A DNA stretch of 24,487 bases from a virus. Lineage: Duplodnaviria > Caudoviricetes. Position numbers and translations under genes: made by a program. Positions 16,882 through 24,264 of the stretch are shown here, one piece after another; positions within the stretch are counted from its first letter, which is position 1, and every line of letters starts with the position of its first letter. The DNA is taken from positions 1 through 24,487 of IMG/VR virus record IMGVR_UViG_3300049844_000151, one strand, 5' to 3'. The notes below the pieces were generated by a model. The model was not told where the DNA came from. It ran no database searches and was given only the letters and a program-made list of their open reading frames with translations.

Positions 16882-17991
16882 ATGTCACAAGCTTTTAGAT
16901 ACCCTTCATCCTCTGCCTCCGTATCAATCTCAGCCATTGGCACTAACGGCCTGCCAGCGCCCGCTACTTCTATCCAGGTCGCAGGCCAGGACGCTGGTGG
17001 AGACCTCCAGCCCCTACTGGTAAACGCTTCCCAGGAGCTTCTGGTAGCCGTCTCTGCCCTCCCGCTCCCAGCCGGTGCTGCCACGCTCGCCGAGCAGCAA
17101 GCTCAGACCGCCCTCCTCACCACTATTGACGCGGATACGGGCTCTATTGACGCCAAGACCCCCGCGCTAGTGTCTGGCCGCGTCCCAGTGGACGTAGGCG
17201 CCTCTGTCCTTCCGACTGGTGCTGCTACGGAAGCTACCCTAGCCTTGATTGCAGACTCCGTAGGCATCTCCTGGGCAGCGGCTCCGCTCTCGTCTATTGG
17301 CATTGCAGGCCAAGACAGCGCTAACAACCTGGTGCCCCTCCTGACCGATGCTAACGGCGTCTTGTCTGTATTCCTTGACTCCTACAACAGCATCTCAGTC
17401 ACCTCCCCGCAGCTCCCTCCTGCCCTAGGTACTCAGACCGTAGCAAACAGCCTCTCTGTCACCTGCGTAAACGGGGTGCTAAACCCCGTCACGGTGGATA
17501 TTAACGCTAACACCACTGACTTCTCCACTGAGACAACCCAGGCTAGCGTATTGACCGCTGTCAATAGCATCGCCGCAGGTACCCCTACGGCTATCGGCCC
17601 GCAGCTCATGGCGGCCTCGATGTCGGTCACCGTGGCGTCTAACCAAAGCGCTATCCCGGTCAGTCTAGCAGCGGCTCCTGCGGTCACCGGGCGGTCTCTG
17701 GTAACCTCGGTGCGCAATGACTACAGCTCTGTAAACGTCACTACTGGTGCATGGGTGCAACTTATCGCATCTACCGCATCCGCTGTAAACCAAATTTTTG
17801 TATTTGATAGCAGCGGGCAAACTATGGAGCTTGGTGTAGGCCCTGCCGCCTCTGAGGCGCGGGTGTCTATTATCGTCCCTGGTGGTAATGGTGATATCCC
17901 GTTGGCTATCCCTGCTAGCTCCCGCGTTTCGGTGCGGGCTATTAGCGCTACTGCTTCTGTTGGTGAGATTGACATTAACTTGTATTCGTAA
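16882..17991 (+). CDS. Fibre-like virion protein with internal repeats
   Basis: AGGAGG SD; A/S/T/V-rich; repeated AGQD...PLL, LP.GAAT and P.A.G.Q..A.S.SVT units. Confidence 0.6.
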   Translation: MSQAFRYPSSSASVSISAIGTNGLPAPATSIQVAGQDAGGDLQPLLVNASQELLVAVSALPLPAGAATLAEQQAQTALLTTIDADTGSIDAKTPALVSGRVPVDVGASVLPTGAATEATLALIADSVGISWAAAPLSSIGIAGQDSANNLVPLLTDANGVLSVFLDSYNSISVTSPQLPPALGTQTVANSLSVTCVNGVLNPVTVDINANTTDFSTETTQASVLTAVNSIAAGTPTAIGPQLMAASMSVTVASNQSAIPVSLAAAPAVTGRSLVTSVRNDYSSVNVTTGAWVQLIASTASAVNQIFVFDSSGQTMELGVGPAASEARVSIIVPGGNGDIPLAIPASSRVSVRAISATASVGEIDINLYS

Positions 17992-18016
17992 GGATACACT
18001 ACCTTAAAGGTACTTT

Positions 18017-19114
18017 ATGGGCGCCCCTATTATTTGGTTCGGAAATAGTGCTAAACTGCTAAAGTCTTCCCTGGTTATCCCTGGTGCCACATCTGGCGCC
18101 CTCACCCTCACCGCTGCCGCCGCTACCACCTCCTACGCCCTCACGATGCCTGCGGCGCAGGGCGGGAGCGGAGAGGTGCTTACCAATGACGGCTCTGGTA
18201 ACCTGTCCTGGGCTCCGAGCGGCAGTGTTGCCCCTACCAGCTTCACCATCGCCAATAACCAGACCACTCCGGCGAACGTCACTGGCTTCCTCCTCAACAG
18301 CGCCAATGAGCACGCGTTTACCTCTGAGTACTCTATTGAGCGCAGCTATGTTGGCGGGACAGCTATACTAGACACCGCATTTTATGATAGCTACTCGCTT
18401 CTAGGCGGCATAAGCGGCGGCACCCCAAGAGTGGTGAAGCGCCAGGCTGATGGTAAAGTTATCGTCGCGGGGGGCTTCTCTAACTTCAATGGTGCTAGCC
18501 AAGGGGGAGTAATCCGCCTTAACGCGGATGGTAGCCCTGATACCACTTTTAATACTAATGTTGGCTCTGGTGTACAATCCGGCGCTGGCATTTATGGTAT
18601 TGGCATTCAATCTGACGGCAAGATTGTGTTAGTTGGCGCCTTTAACGGCTTTAATGCCGGAAGCGTCTACTCCATTATCCGCCTAAACTCTGACGGGACT
18701 GAGGATACTACGTTCTCTACCGCTATCAGCCCAGGGTTTTCATATTCAGGGTCACCAGCTTCAATGAGGACAGTGACGGTGCTGCCGGGAGATGATTTGG
18801 TTATCGGGGGTGTATTTGATACTTTCGCGGGCGCTGCCGCCGTTAGTGGCCTCATAAAAATAGACTCTGCTGGGGCTCTTGTGTCCGCGTTTAATACTAA
18901 TATGGGCACTGGCCTCAATGACGGTCCCCTAGTTGTAACTCTACAGCCGGACAATAAGCTAGTCGTTGGCGGGTACTTCAGCGCCTTTAATGGTAACACC
19001 CGTATGGTACCGAGGATACTGGTTTTTACACTAACTTGGGTACGGGCTTCGCTGGCGGGACAGGAGCTACCCATGTCACCTCCGCTACACTGCAAGCCTC
19101 TGGGGATATCCTAG
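18017..19114 (+). CDS. Tail fibre/receptor-binding protein with delta-60 repeats, 5' part (frameshifted near 19003)
   Basis: Fibre motif LTMPAAQG.SGEVLTNDGSGNLSW, then QxDGK(I/V)xxxGxF...RLNxDG..DTTF repeats; sequence loses the repeat pattern after NGNTR (19003). Confidence 0.75.
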   Translation: MGAPIIWFGNSAKLLKSSLVIPGATSGALTLTAAAATTSYALTMPAAQGGSGEVLTNDGSGNLSWAPSGSVAPTSFTIANNQTTPANVTGFLLNSANEHAFTSEYSIERSYVGGTAILDTAFYDSYSLLGGISGGTPRVVKRQADGKVIVAGGFSNFNGASQGGVIRLNADGSPDTTFNTNVGSGVQSGAGIYGIGIQSDGKIVLVGAFNGFNAGSVYSIIRLNSDGTEDTTFSTAISPGFSYSGSPASMRTVTVLPGDDLVIGGVFDTFAGAAAVSGLIKIDSAGALVSAFNTNMGTGLNDGPLVVTLQPDNKLVVGGYFSAFNGNTRMVPRILVFTLTWVRASLAGQELPMSPPLHCKPLGIS

Positions 19115-19698
19115 TGGGCGGGGACTTTGGCAGCTTAAACGGCACCACTAGGGACTATATTTTAAGACTTAGTTCGGCTGGGGTAGACGATGGTACTTTC
19201 TACACCAATCTTAGCGGTGCGTCAAGCGGCCCGGTAAAGGCCATCTCAGTGTACGATGATGGTGGCATCCTAATAGGCGGTAACTTTGCTACTTTTGGCG
19301 GAAACGCAGTAGATAATATCGCTAAAAGAAATTCAGATGGCACCGAGGACACGGTGTTTACTGCGGACATTGGAGCGGGCATTACTGGAGATGTGCTAAG
19401 TTTAGACACCTCCGCCACAGATAACACCGCGCTACTAGCCGGCTCGTTTACGGCAGTCGACACTGCCTCCGACTTGTACGTGGCTAAGTTAGAAGGTGAC
19501 CAAGATCTAGTCACCCAAGGCACCATCCGTGGCCTGTATAAAGGCGCTGCGTGGCACCTAGGGGGCGAGACTAACTGGGGCGATATCTCCGGGCTTGTTT
19601 TCTCTATCACCTCCGGTGGCCAACTTCAATACGTATCCAGTGATATCCCAGGCTCTGAAGTGACTAGCGAGATGAAATTTTTGATTACAAGGATATAA
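19036..19698 (+). CDS. Tail fibre/receptor-binding protein with delta-60 repeats, 3' part (continuation in the -1 frame)
   Basis: This frame already reads GTEDTGFYTNL from 19006 and continues the repeats; probably one gene 18017-19698. Confidence 0.7.
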   Translation: MGTGFAGGTGATHVTSATLQASGDILVGGDFGSLNGTTRDYILRLSSAGVDDGTFYTNLSGASSGPVKAISVYDDGGILIGGNFATFGGNAVDNIAKRNSDGTEDTVFTADIGAGITGDVLSLDTSATDNTALLAGSFTAVDTASDLYVAKLEGDQDLVTQGTIRGLYKGAAWHLGGETNWGDISGLVFSITSGGQLQYVSSDIPGSEVTSEMKFLITRI

Positions 19699-19701
19699 GT
19701 A

Positions 19702-20229
19702 ATGGCTAATACATTTACAAACACCCTCAAAGAATACAGCCCTAGCTCCGGCTCTACCCCTAAGATGCTGATAGGTACTAATTGGGCTGAGTACCCGATG
19801 GTTATTGGAGCTACCACCACCGCCCCTACCAAAGGTACTACGGTGCGGGATAAAGCAATGTGGCGCCGAGTTGGAGACACGCTAGAGATGAGATTTGACT
19901 ACCAGCAATCCGGCGCAGGCTCCGCAGGCTCCGGCACCTACCTATTCCCTTTACCTGCTGGGCTATCTATAGATCCTAATAAGATTGCGCTAGGGGCTGC
20001 CCCTGCTATCGCCTCCTCGGTTGGTACCGGCTCTTGTTCTACATCAGCGGACTTTAGCACATCAGGTCGAGAGCTAACTATGGCCGCCTATGATGCTAAT
20101 AATTTAATGGCATATATTGACCTTAACGGAACATTTTCTATGGTCAACTCTGGTGGTAATGAATTAGCCAATGCTAATCAGACATACTCTTTTACCGCAG
20201 CGGTGCCTATTGTGGGATGGGATGATTAG
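19702..20229 (+). CDS. Tail-fibre-associated protein
   Basis: AAGGA SD; WRRVGDTLEMRFDY...GSGTYLFPLPAGLSID...F.A.VPI.GW pattern typical of fibre C-terminal domains. Confidence 0.6.
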   Translation: MANTFTNTLKEYSPSSGSTPKMLIGTNWAEYPMVIGATTTAPTKGTTVRDKAMWRRVGDTLEMRFDYQQSGAGSAGSGTYLFPLPAGLSIDPNKIALGAAPAIASSVGTGSCSTSADFSTSGRELTMAAYDANNLMAYIDLNGTFSMVNSGGNELANANQTYSFTAAVPIVGWDD

Positions 20230-20230
20230 T

Positions 20231-20671
20231 ATGAAAGAGAAAGCGTTACACGTACTTGAACGAGTTTGGCACCACGTAGAGGCGGCGACATTAGCCCTAG
20301 TCGCGGTATTTGCCCCCATCCACTCGGTGCTGGCCGTCACCCTCACCCTGGTGGTAGTAGACCTGGTTACCGGAGTGATTGCAGCGAAGAAAGAGGGCGC
20401 GGCTATCACCTCCTCCAAGCTTAAGCGCTCCGTAGGCAAGCTCCTCCTCTATGAGCTAGCCCTCTGCGTCTCCTTCCTAGTGCAGCAATACCTCACCGGG
20501 GAGCTATTCCCTGCCTCAAAGATCGCCGCTGCCCTCATCGGTGTTACTGAGCTTAAAAGCGTCATGGAAAACATTAGCCGTATCTCAGGCGGTAACAATG
20601 TGTTTTCCACCCTCCTAGATAGAGCCATCCAAGCTCAGAAAGCCATTACAGAGAAAAAAGATGAAAAATAA
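20231..20671 (+). CDS. Holin (Phage_holin_4_1-like)
   Basis: Hydrophobic helices with DLVTGVIAA..., ITSSKL...K, E.KSV.EN motifs and a charged C-tail; start placed at ATG20231. Confidence 0.8.
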   Translation: MKEKALHVLERVWHHVEAATLALVAVFAPIHSVLAVTLTLVVVDLVTGVIAAKKEGAAITSSKLKRSVGKLLLYELALCVSFLVQQYLTGELFPASKIAAALIGVTELKSVMENISRISGGNNVFSTLLDRAIQAQKAITEKKDEK

Positions 20672-21284
20672 ACTAATTATGTTGATGTCACTGCTCGGGA
20701 TGCTTTTGGGCGTTTCGGCGCAGGCAATTGAGATTAAAGACCCCACCACGGGCAAGATTATCAAGACCGATAAGGTCACCCGGATTACCGCCCCCATCCA
20801 ACAAGGGGACTTTAAGCGGTACAGCGCCTCTGTCGCTCAGACCGTCATGCTCCCCGGTGAGCGCGTAATCATCCTCAACTCCCCAGGTGGTGATGTTACG
20901 GAAGGTCAAAAAATCATCAACTTGCTGGAGCTTGAGCGGGCTATGGGTGTCCGCATGATTTGCATTGTTGACCGTAACGCTCACTCAATGGCGTTTAACA
21001 TCCTCACCCACTGTGATGTCCGTATGGCTACCGAAGGCGCCGGGATGGTGGTGCATAAGTGCCGCACCTTCGTCTTTGGGATTGCCCGCGCCAAGGAGCT
21101 TCGTAGACTCGCCGATGCTATGGATAAGGTTGATGAGCCGTACCGCCGGGCCAATAGCAAGGCTATGAAGCTCACACTGAAAGAGTATGATAAGTACGCC
21201 GACGCAGAGACTAACTGGAAAGCGGTTACGTTGCTTGCCCGTGGGTACCTTCATGGGCTCCTCCCTAAAGGAAGCGTCCTTTAG
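20661..21284 (+). CDS. ClpP-like serine protease with N-terminal signal peptide
   Basis: ILNSPGGDV.EG..I, A.SMA (Ser), MVVH (His), 'ETNW.A....GY'; N-terminus MKNK + hydrophobic + AQA cleavage site. Confidence 0.8.
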   Translation: MKNKLIMLMSLLGMLLGVSAQAIEIKDPTTGKIIKTDKVTRITAPIQQGDFKRYSASVAQTVMLPGERVIILNSPGGDVTEGQKIINLLELERAMGVRMICIVDRNAHSMAFNILTHCDVRMATEGAGMVVHKCRTFVFGIARAKELRRLADAMDKVDEPYRRANSKAMKLTLKEYDKYADAETNWKAVTLLARGYLHGLLPKGSVL

Positions 21285-21531
21285 TATCTAGGGCGCGGTA
21301 CCTAGCCTTAATTAGGCACTGCCGCACCCGCTCTCTGGTTACCTTATACGTTGTAGCTGCGTTGGATAGGCTTCCTCGGTGGGCATAATTAACCGCGATG
21401 TTTATGATACTAGGGCTAAGCCGCTGCTCCTTGTATGCGTCAAGTATCTTAGGCATAAGAGCTTTAATCTCCTCCTGGCATGGGTAGCCCTTCTGCCTCC
21501 GATACCACCACCATCTCAATTGATTAAGCAA
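21265..21531 (-). CDS. Small HTH protein (sigma region 4-like)
   Basis: SLSNAATTYKVTRERVRQCLIKA matches the sigma70 r4 'VTRERVRQI..KA' helix. Confidence 0.65.
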   Translation of the reverse strand: MLNQLRWWWYRRQKGYPCQEEIKALMPKILDAYKEQRLSPSIINIAVNYAHRGSLSNAATTYKVTRERVRQCLIKARYRALDTKGRFL

Positions 21532-21964
21532 GTTTCACCGCCCCGGTGTGGAAGAAGTGGGCCTCTGCCTTACGCCTGCGCACCAGTCCGGGCAGCTCCT
21601 TACCCTTAGCTGTAGTCCAGCGCATAAACTGGCGGGTAATCTCTTCCTCTGAGGCACCGGCTAGGGCGCGTTTGAGCAGAGTGGACTTCTTTAGGGCGCC
21701 CAGCCCTACGTTATAAGCGAAAGAGCAAAGAGCTTGAATTTGACTTTCAGTCAGCCGAGCGCTGCCGGGCATTGCCCCAATTGTCCATTGCAGCTCCTCT
21801 AGCTGCTTCTCTAGCATAAAGTCGGCCATAAACTGGCTAATCTTCATTCCAGGCTTTACGCCCTCAGTGGTGCCCCAACCTATCGTGTAATAGCCCGCAG
21901 GACACTTGTAGGCAGTCAAGCTACAGCCTTCAAAATGTTTGACTAATTTTAGCAGATTTTTCAC
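21524..21964 (-). CDS. Endolysin, GH24 lysozyme
   Basis: FEG.SLTAYKCPAG..TIGWG, ALCSFAYNVG, STLLK, F.RW, LPGLVRRR.AE; likely GTG start 21964 with GAGG SD. Confidence 0.92.
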   Translation of the reverse strand: MKNLLKLVKHFEGCSLTAYKCPAGYYTIGWGTTEGVKPGMKISQFMADFMLEKQLEELQWTIGAMPGSARLTESQIQALCSFAYNVGLGALKKSTLLKRALAGASEEEITRQFMRWTTAKGKELPGLVRRRKAEAHFFHTGAVKLA

Positions 21965-22439
21965 GCTTTGCCTCTCTTTGCCTTTTAGCCCTGTCTCTAC
22001 AACAAGTCTTACATATTCTGCGGTTTCTATTATTGTGCACCAGGTTATCCTCGGTGTACCCATGCCCCTTAGGGCAGTGTGTCATGGCTAATAGGTGCCT
22101 TCCTCTAGCCGCCCTAGGGTCATTTGAGGTTAACATGCCCTTCCCTCGGCCTTTGCTCATCTTATCTGCCATATTGTCTTTAGGCGTACCTAAAAACAAA
22201 TGCTCCGGGCGGACACACTTAGGATTATCGCACTTATGGCACACGCACAGGCCGTGAGGAATATCACCATAGTGCAGTCTCCAAGAAACTCTATGCGCCC
22301 TATCGCATCCCTCATCTTTGCGACCTCGACCAATAAGGCCATAACCTTTGTTATTTAAGCTCGCAGTCCACTCCCAGCAAGCCTCGCCTTGCTGTTTGTT
22401 GACTTTAGCCCAAAATCTTTCTTCTAGCGGAGCCCTCAT
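21930..22439 (-). CDS. HNH endonuclease
   Basis: RFWAKV, CWEW, GYG, AHRVSW, VCHKCDNPKCVRPEHLFLGT.KDN..D, plus C-terminal THCPKGH...RICKTC. Confidence 0.9.
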   Translation of the reverse strand: MRAPLEERFWAKVNKQQGEACWEWTASLNNKGYGLIGRGRKDEGCDRAHRVSWRLHYGDIPHGLCVCHKCDNPKCVRPEHLFLGTPKDNMADKMSKGRGKGMLTSNDPRAARGRHLLAMTHCPKGHGYTEDNLVHNNRNRRICKTCCRDRAKRQREAKREKSAKISQTF

Positions 22440-22618
22440 CCATATTCCTCTCTTTTATTGTTAAGCTCCCAAGCCGCATCCAGATACTCCTCAGCCTTAG
22501 CAAGTTGAGGACGGCTGTTTACGTACTCAACTAAGGAGCCATAAATAGCTAAAAAGTCAGAAGGAAGCTTTGCCCCTGCGGGGATTAGAATTTTAGGCCC
22601 AGGTCTTAGCCAGCTCAT
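22436..22618 (-). CDS. Hypothetical protein
   Basis: 60-aa ORF with ATGA coupling to the HNH gene. Confidence 0.5.
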   Translation of the reverse strand: MSWLRPGPKILIPAGAKLPSDFLAIYGSLVEYVNSRPQLAKAEEYLDAAWELNNKREEYG

Positions 22619-22667
22619 CCGGTGCTTAACCTTTCTAGCAACATCCTACAGTCTTGCTGCAAGTGTT

Positions 22668-22696
22668 ACAGTACGTTAGAACCCAGTTATTTGCAA
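22668..22696 (-). promoter_or_regulatory. Putative sigma70 promoter upstream of ORF60-HNH-lysozyme-HTH
   Basis: Minus strand TTGCAA-N17-TACTGT in the only sizeable AT-rich gap of the right arm. Confidence 0.5.
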
Positions 22697-22750
22697 TCCT
22701 AATTTTACAATACCGGGTCTTCTTACAATAACGGCAGTATTTTGACTTAT

Positions 22751-22972
22751 TCATCCGGTGCTCACTCTTTCTAGCAGCTCTTGCTGCTCAATTAAGGTAA
22801 AGACTTCCTCCGCATGAGTCTCATCGAATATGCGGCGGCTATCGCCTTCCAGTGAGCTTGCAAGCTCATTTAGGTTACGGCGTGCCTCCCGTGAGGTGAG
22901 GCGGTGTTTAATTAGGTCGACGCAGATGGCACAAATATAGTTACCCTTCCTTCCAGTCTTTGATTTCATCAT
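22751..22972 (-). CDS. Hypothetical CxxC protein (start uncertain)
   Basis: CAIC then helical LTSREARRNLNEL; co-oriented with neighbours. Confidence 0.5.
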   Translation of the reverse strand: MMKSKTGRKGNYICAICVDLIKHRLTSREARRNLNELASSLEGDSRRIFDETHAEEVFTLIEQQELLERVSTG

Positions 22973-23189
22973 ACTTATAAAACGCCTGCAAGTCAAGCGC
23001 CACTTTTTCCAGCTCTTCGGAACGGCCTAACACCTCGGGGCGGAGGGCGTAAAGCACCATGGCCAAGACGGGAATGCCGGAGACGGCGGCTAGCTCAGCA
23101 CATCTGTCATGCCTCCGCCCCTTATGGTCGAGTATCTGGGGTAGCATCTTATCCAGGGAGGTGCGGTAGGAGTTTAGGTCGAGTTTCAT
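22941..23189 (-). CDS. Hypothetical protein
   Basis: 82 aa, ATGA coupling to the upstream gene with GAGG SD. Confidence 0.6.
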   Translation of the reverse strand: MKLDLNSYRTSLDKMLPQILDHKGRRHDRCAELAAVSGIPVLAMVLYALRPEVLGRSEELEKVALDLQAFYKYDEIKDWKEG

Positions 23190-23626
23190 TCGTCTAGTAC
23201 CTCAACTTCAATTTCTTGAGTAATGCCGGTGGGATCGGTGACGACGCAATAAAGAGCATCGGCTTTATTTTGATCATGCACAGATAAGGTGATGCCTCCG
23301 TTTTTGCGAGGCCACACATTTACCCACACCTTGACTTTCTTAGTCTTTTTAGGTCGCTCAATGAGCTTTAGGCTGGGAGTGACGTGCCAGGAGCACGAGC
23401 GTCCGTCGGGTAAAAAACTGTTATTCGATGTTCTAGGGGCATACTCTGTATCGTATTTCACATAAACGAACGCAGTAACTTCAGTCACCTTCCCCCGCAC
23501 ACCGAAAGCCTCTACAATATCGCCGACTTGGAACTCTGGTTTTTCATTCATATGTTTCTCCTTATAGGCTAGGTCGGTCATAACGGTGTAATGTGTTGGA
23601 CAACAGTTAATATCGTTACAACTCAT
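23186..23626 (-). CDS. Hypothetical protein with KOW/SH3-like motif
   Basis: FQVGDIV...RGKVTEV; two in-frame starts with strong SDs (23626, 23551). Confidence 0.6.
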   Translation of the reverse strand: MSCNDINCCPTHYTVMTDLAYKEKHMNEKPEFQVGDIVEAFGVRGKVTEVTAFVYVKYDTEYAPRTSNNSFLPDGRSCSWHVTPSLKLIERPKKTKKVKVWVNVWPRKNGGITLSVHDQNKADALYCVVTDPTGITQEIEVEVLDE

Positions 23627-23829
23627 TCTGTCCTCCCCATGCGGGTGACGCAAGCTAGGAGCTTCTCCTCCTTTGGCTTATTGAAATAGTCCTTATCCAT
23701 GAGGCAGCTTACGTAGCGCTTGTGGCAGGAGAGTTGGTACTCCAACGCAATACGGGGAGCCCCAAAAACGTCAATCCCTGTCCCAGGTACTTTACAAAGC
23801 TCAGCAATCAAGGCTAGTACTGTAATCAT
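23623..23829 (-). CDS. Small four-cysteine protein
   Basis: ATG23829 overlaps the upstream stop (ATGA); C12, C35, C42, C60. Confidence 0.6.
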   Translation of the reverse strand: MITVLALIAELCKVPGTGIDVFGAPRIALEYQLSCHKRYVSCLMDKDYFNKPKEEKLLACVTRMGRTE

Positions 23830-24263
23830 TGGAGCCGTCCTTCCGAAGTGAGTGTGAATGTACAATTAGAGCCGTCAGTGGTGGTGTAGGTGCCAGGACC
23901 AATCAAAGCAAACCGGGTGTTGTCGCCGCTGGCATTGGCACTAAAGCTGACAAGTACCGTGCCGTCCGAGAGTCGGAGGAGAACCTCGTCGTACACCCCG
24001 GGGGCGTCCCCGCAAGGGTCTAGCACTTCTACTGAGGAGAATACGCCCGTGGCGTTATTGCCATTACACACGGTGTTACTCTTAATTTCCGCATCTCCGT
24101 CGTTTACAACGCCGTCTCGGTTAGTGTCGAGCGAGGAAAGCAAGACATATCCTCCGGCTGGGCAGTTACCGGCCCCAGTAACAATATTGATGATAGAGTT
24201 AAACCCTGGCGTAGGGCCGCAGGCGGTGAAAATAGTAAAGCCCAACAATAACAAGTATTTCAA
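23826..24263 (-). CDS. Lipoprotein with DUF7151-like repeat
   Basis: TTG start with GGAG SD; MKYLLLLGFTIFTA-C lipobox; NCPAGG...DTNRDG..D.E...VCNG unit. Confidence 0.7.
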   Translation of the reverse strand: MKYLLLLGFTIFTACGPTPGFNSIINIVTGAGNCPAGGYVLLSSLDTNRDGVVNDGDAEIKSNTVCNGNNATGVFSSVEVLDPCGDAPGVYDEVLLRLSDGTVLVSFSANASGDNTRFALIGPGTYTTTDGSNCTFTLTSEGRLQ

Positions 24264-24264
24264 T

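Noticed and set aside
20222-20233. Holin dual start (M-I-S-M)
   Set aside because: No charged residue between the Mets as in lambda S107/S105, and the first ATG is inside the upstream gene.
21965-22063. N-terminal extension of the lysozyme as a SAR/signal domain
   Set aside because: Lies inside the HNH gene, is not a Gly/Ala-rich hydrophobic helix, and GTG21964 has an SD.
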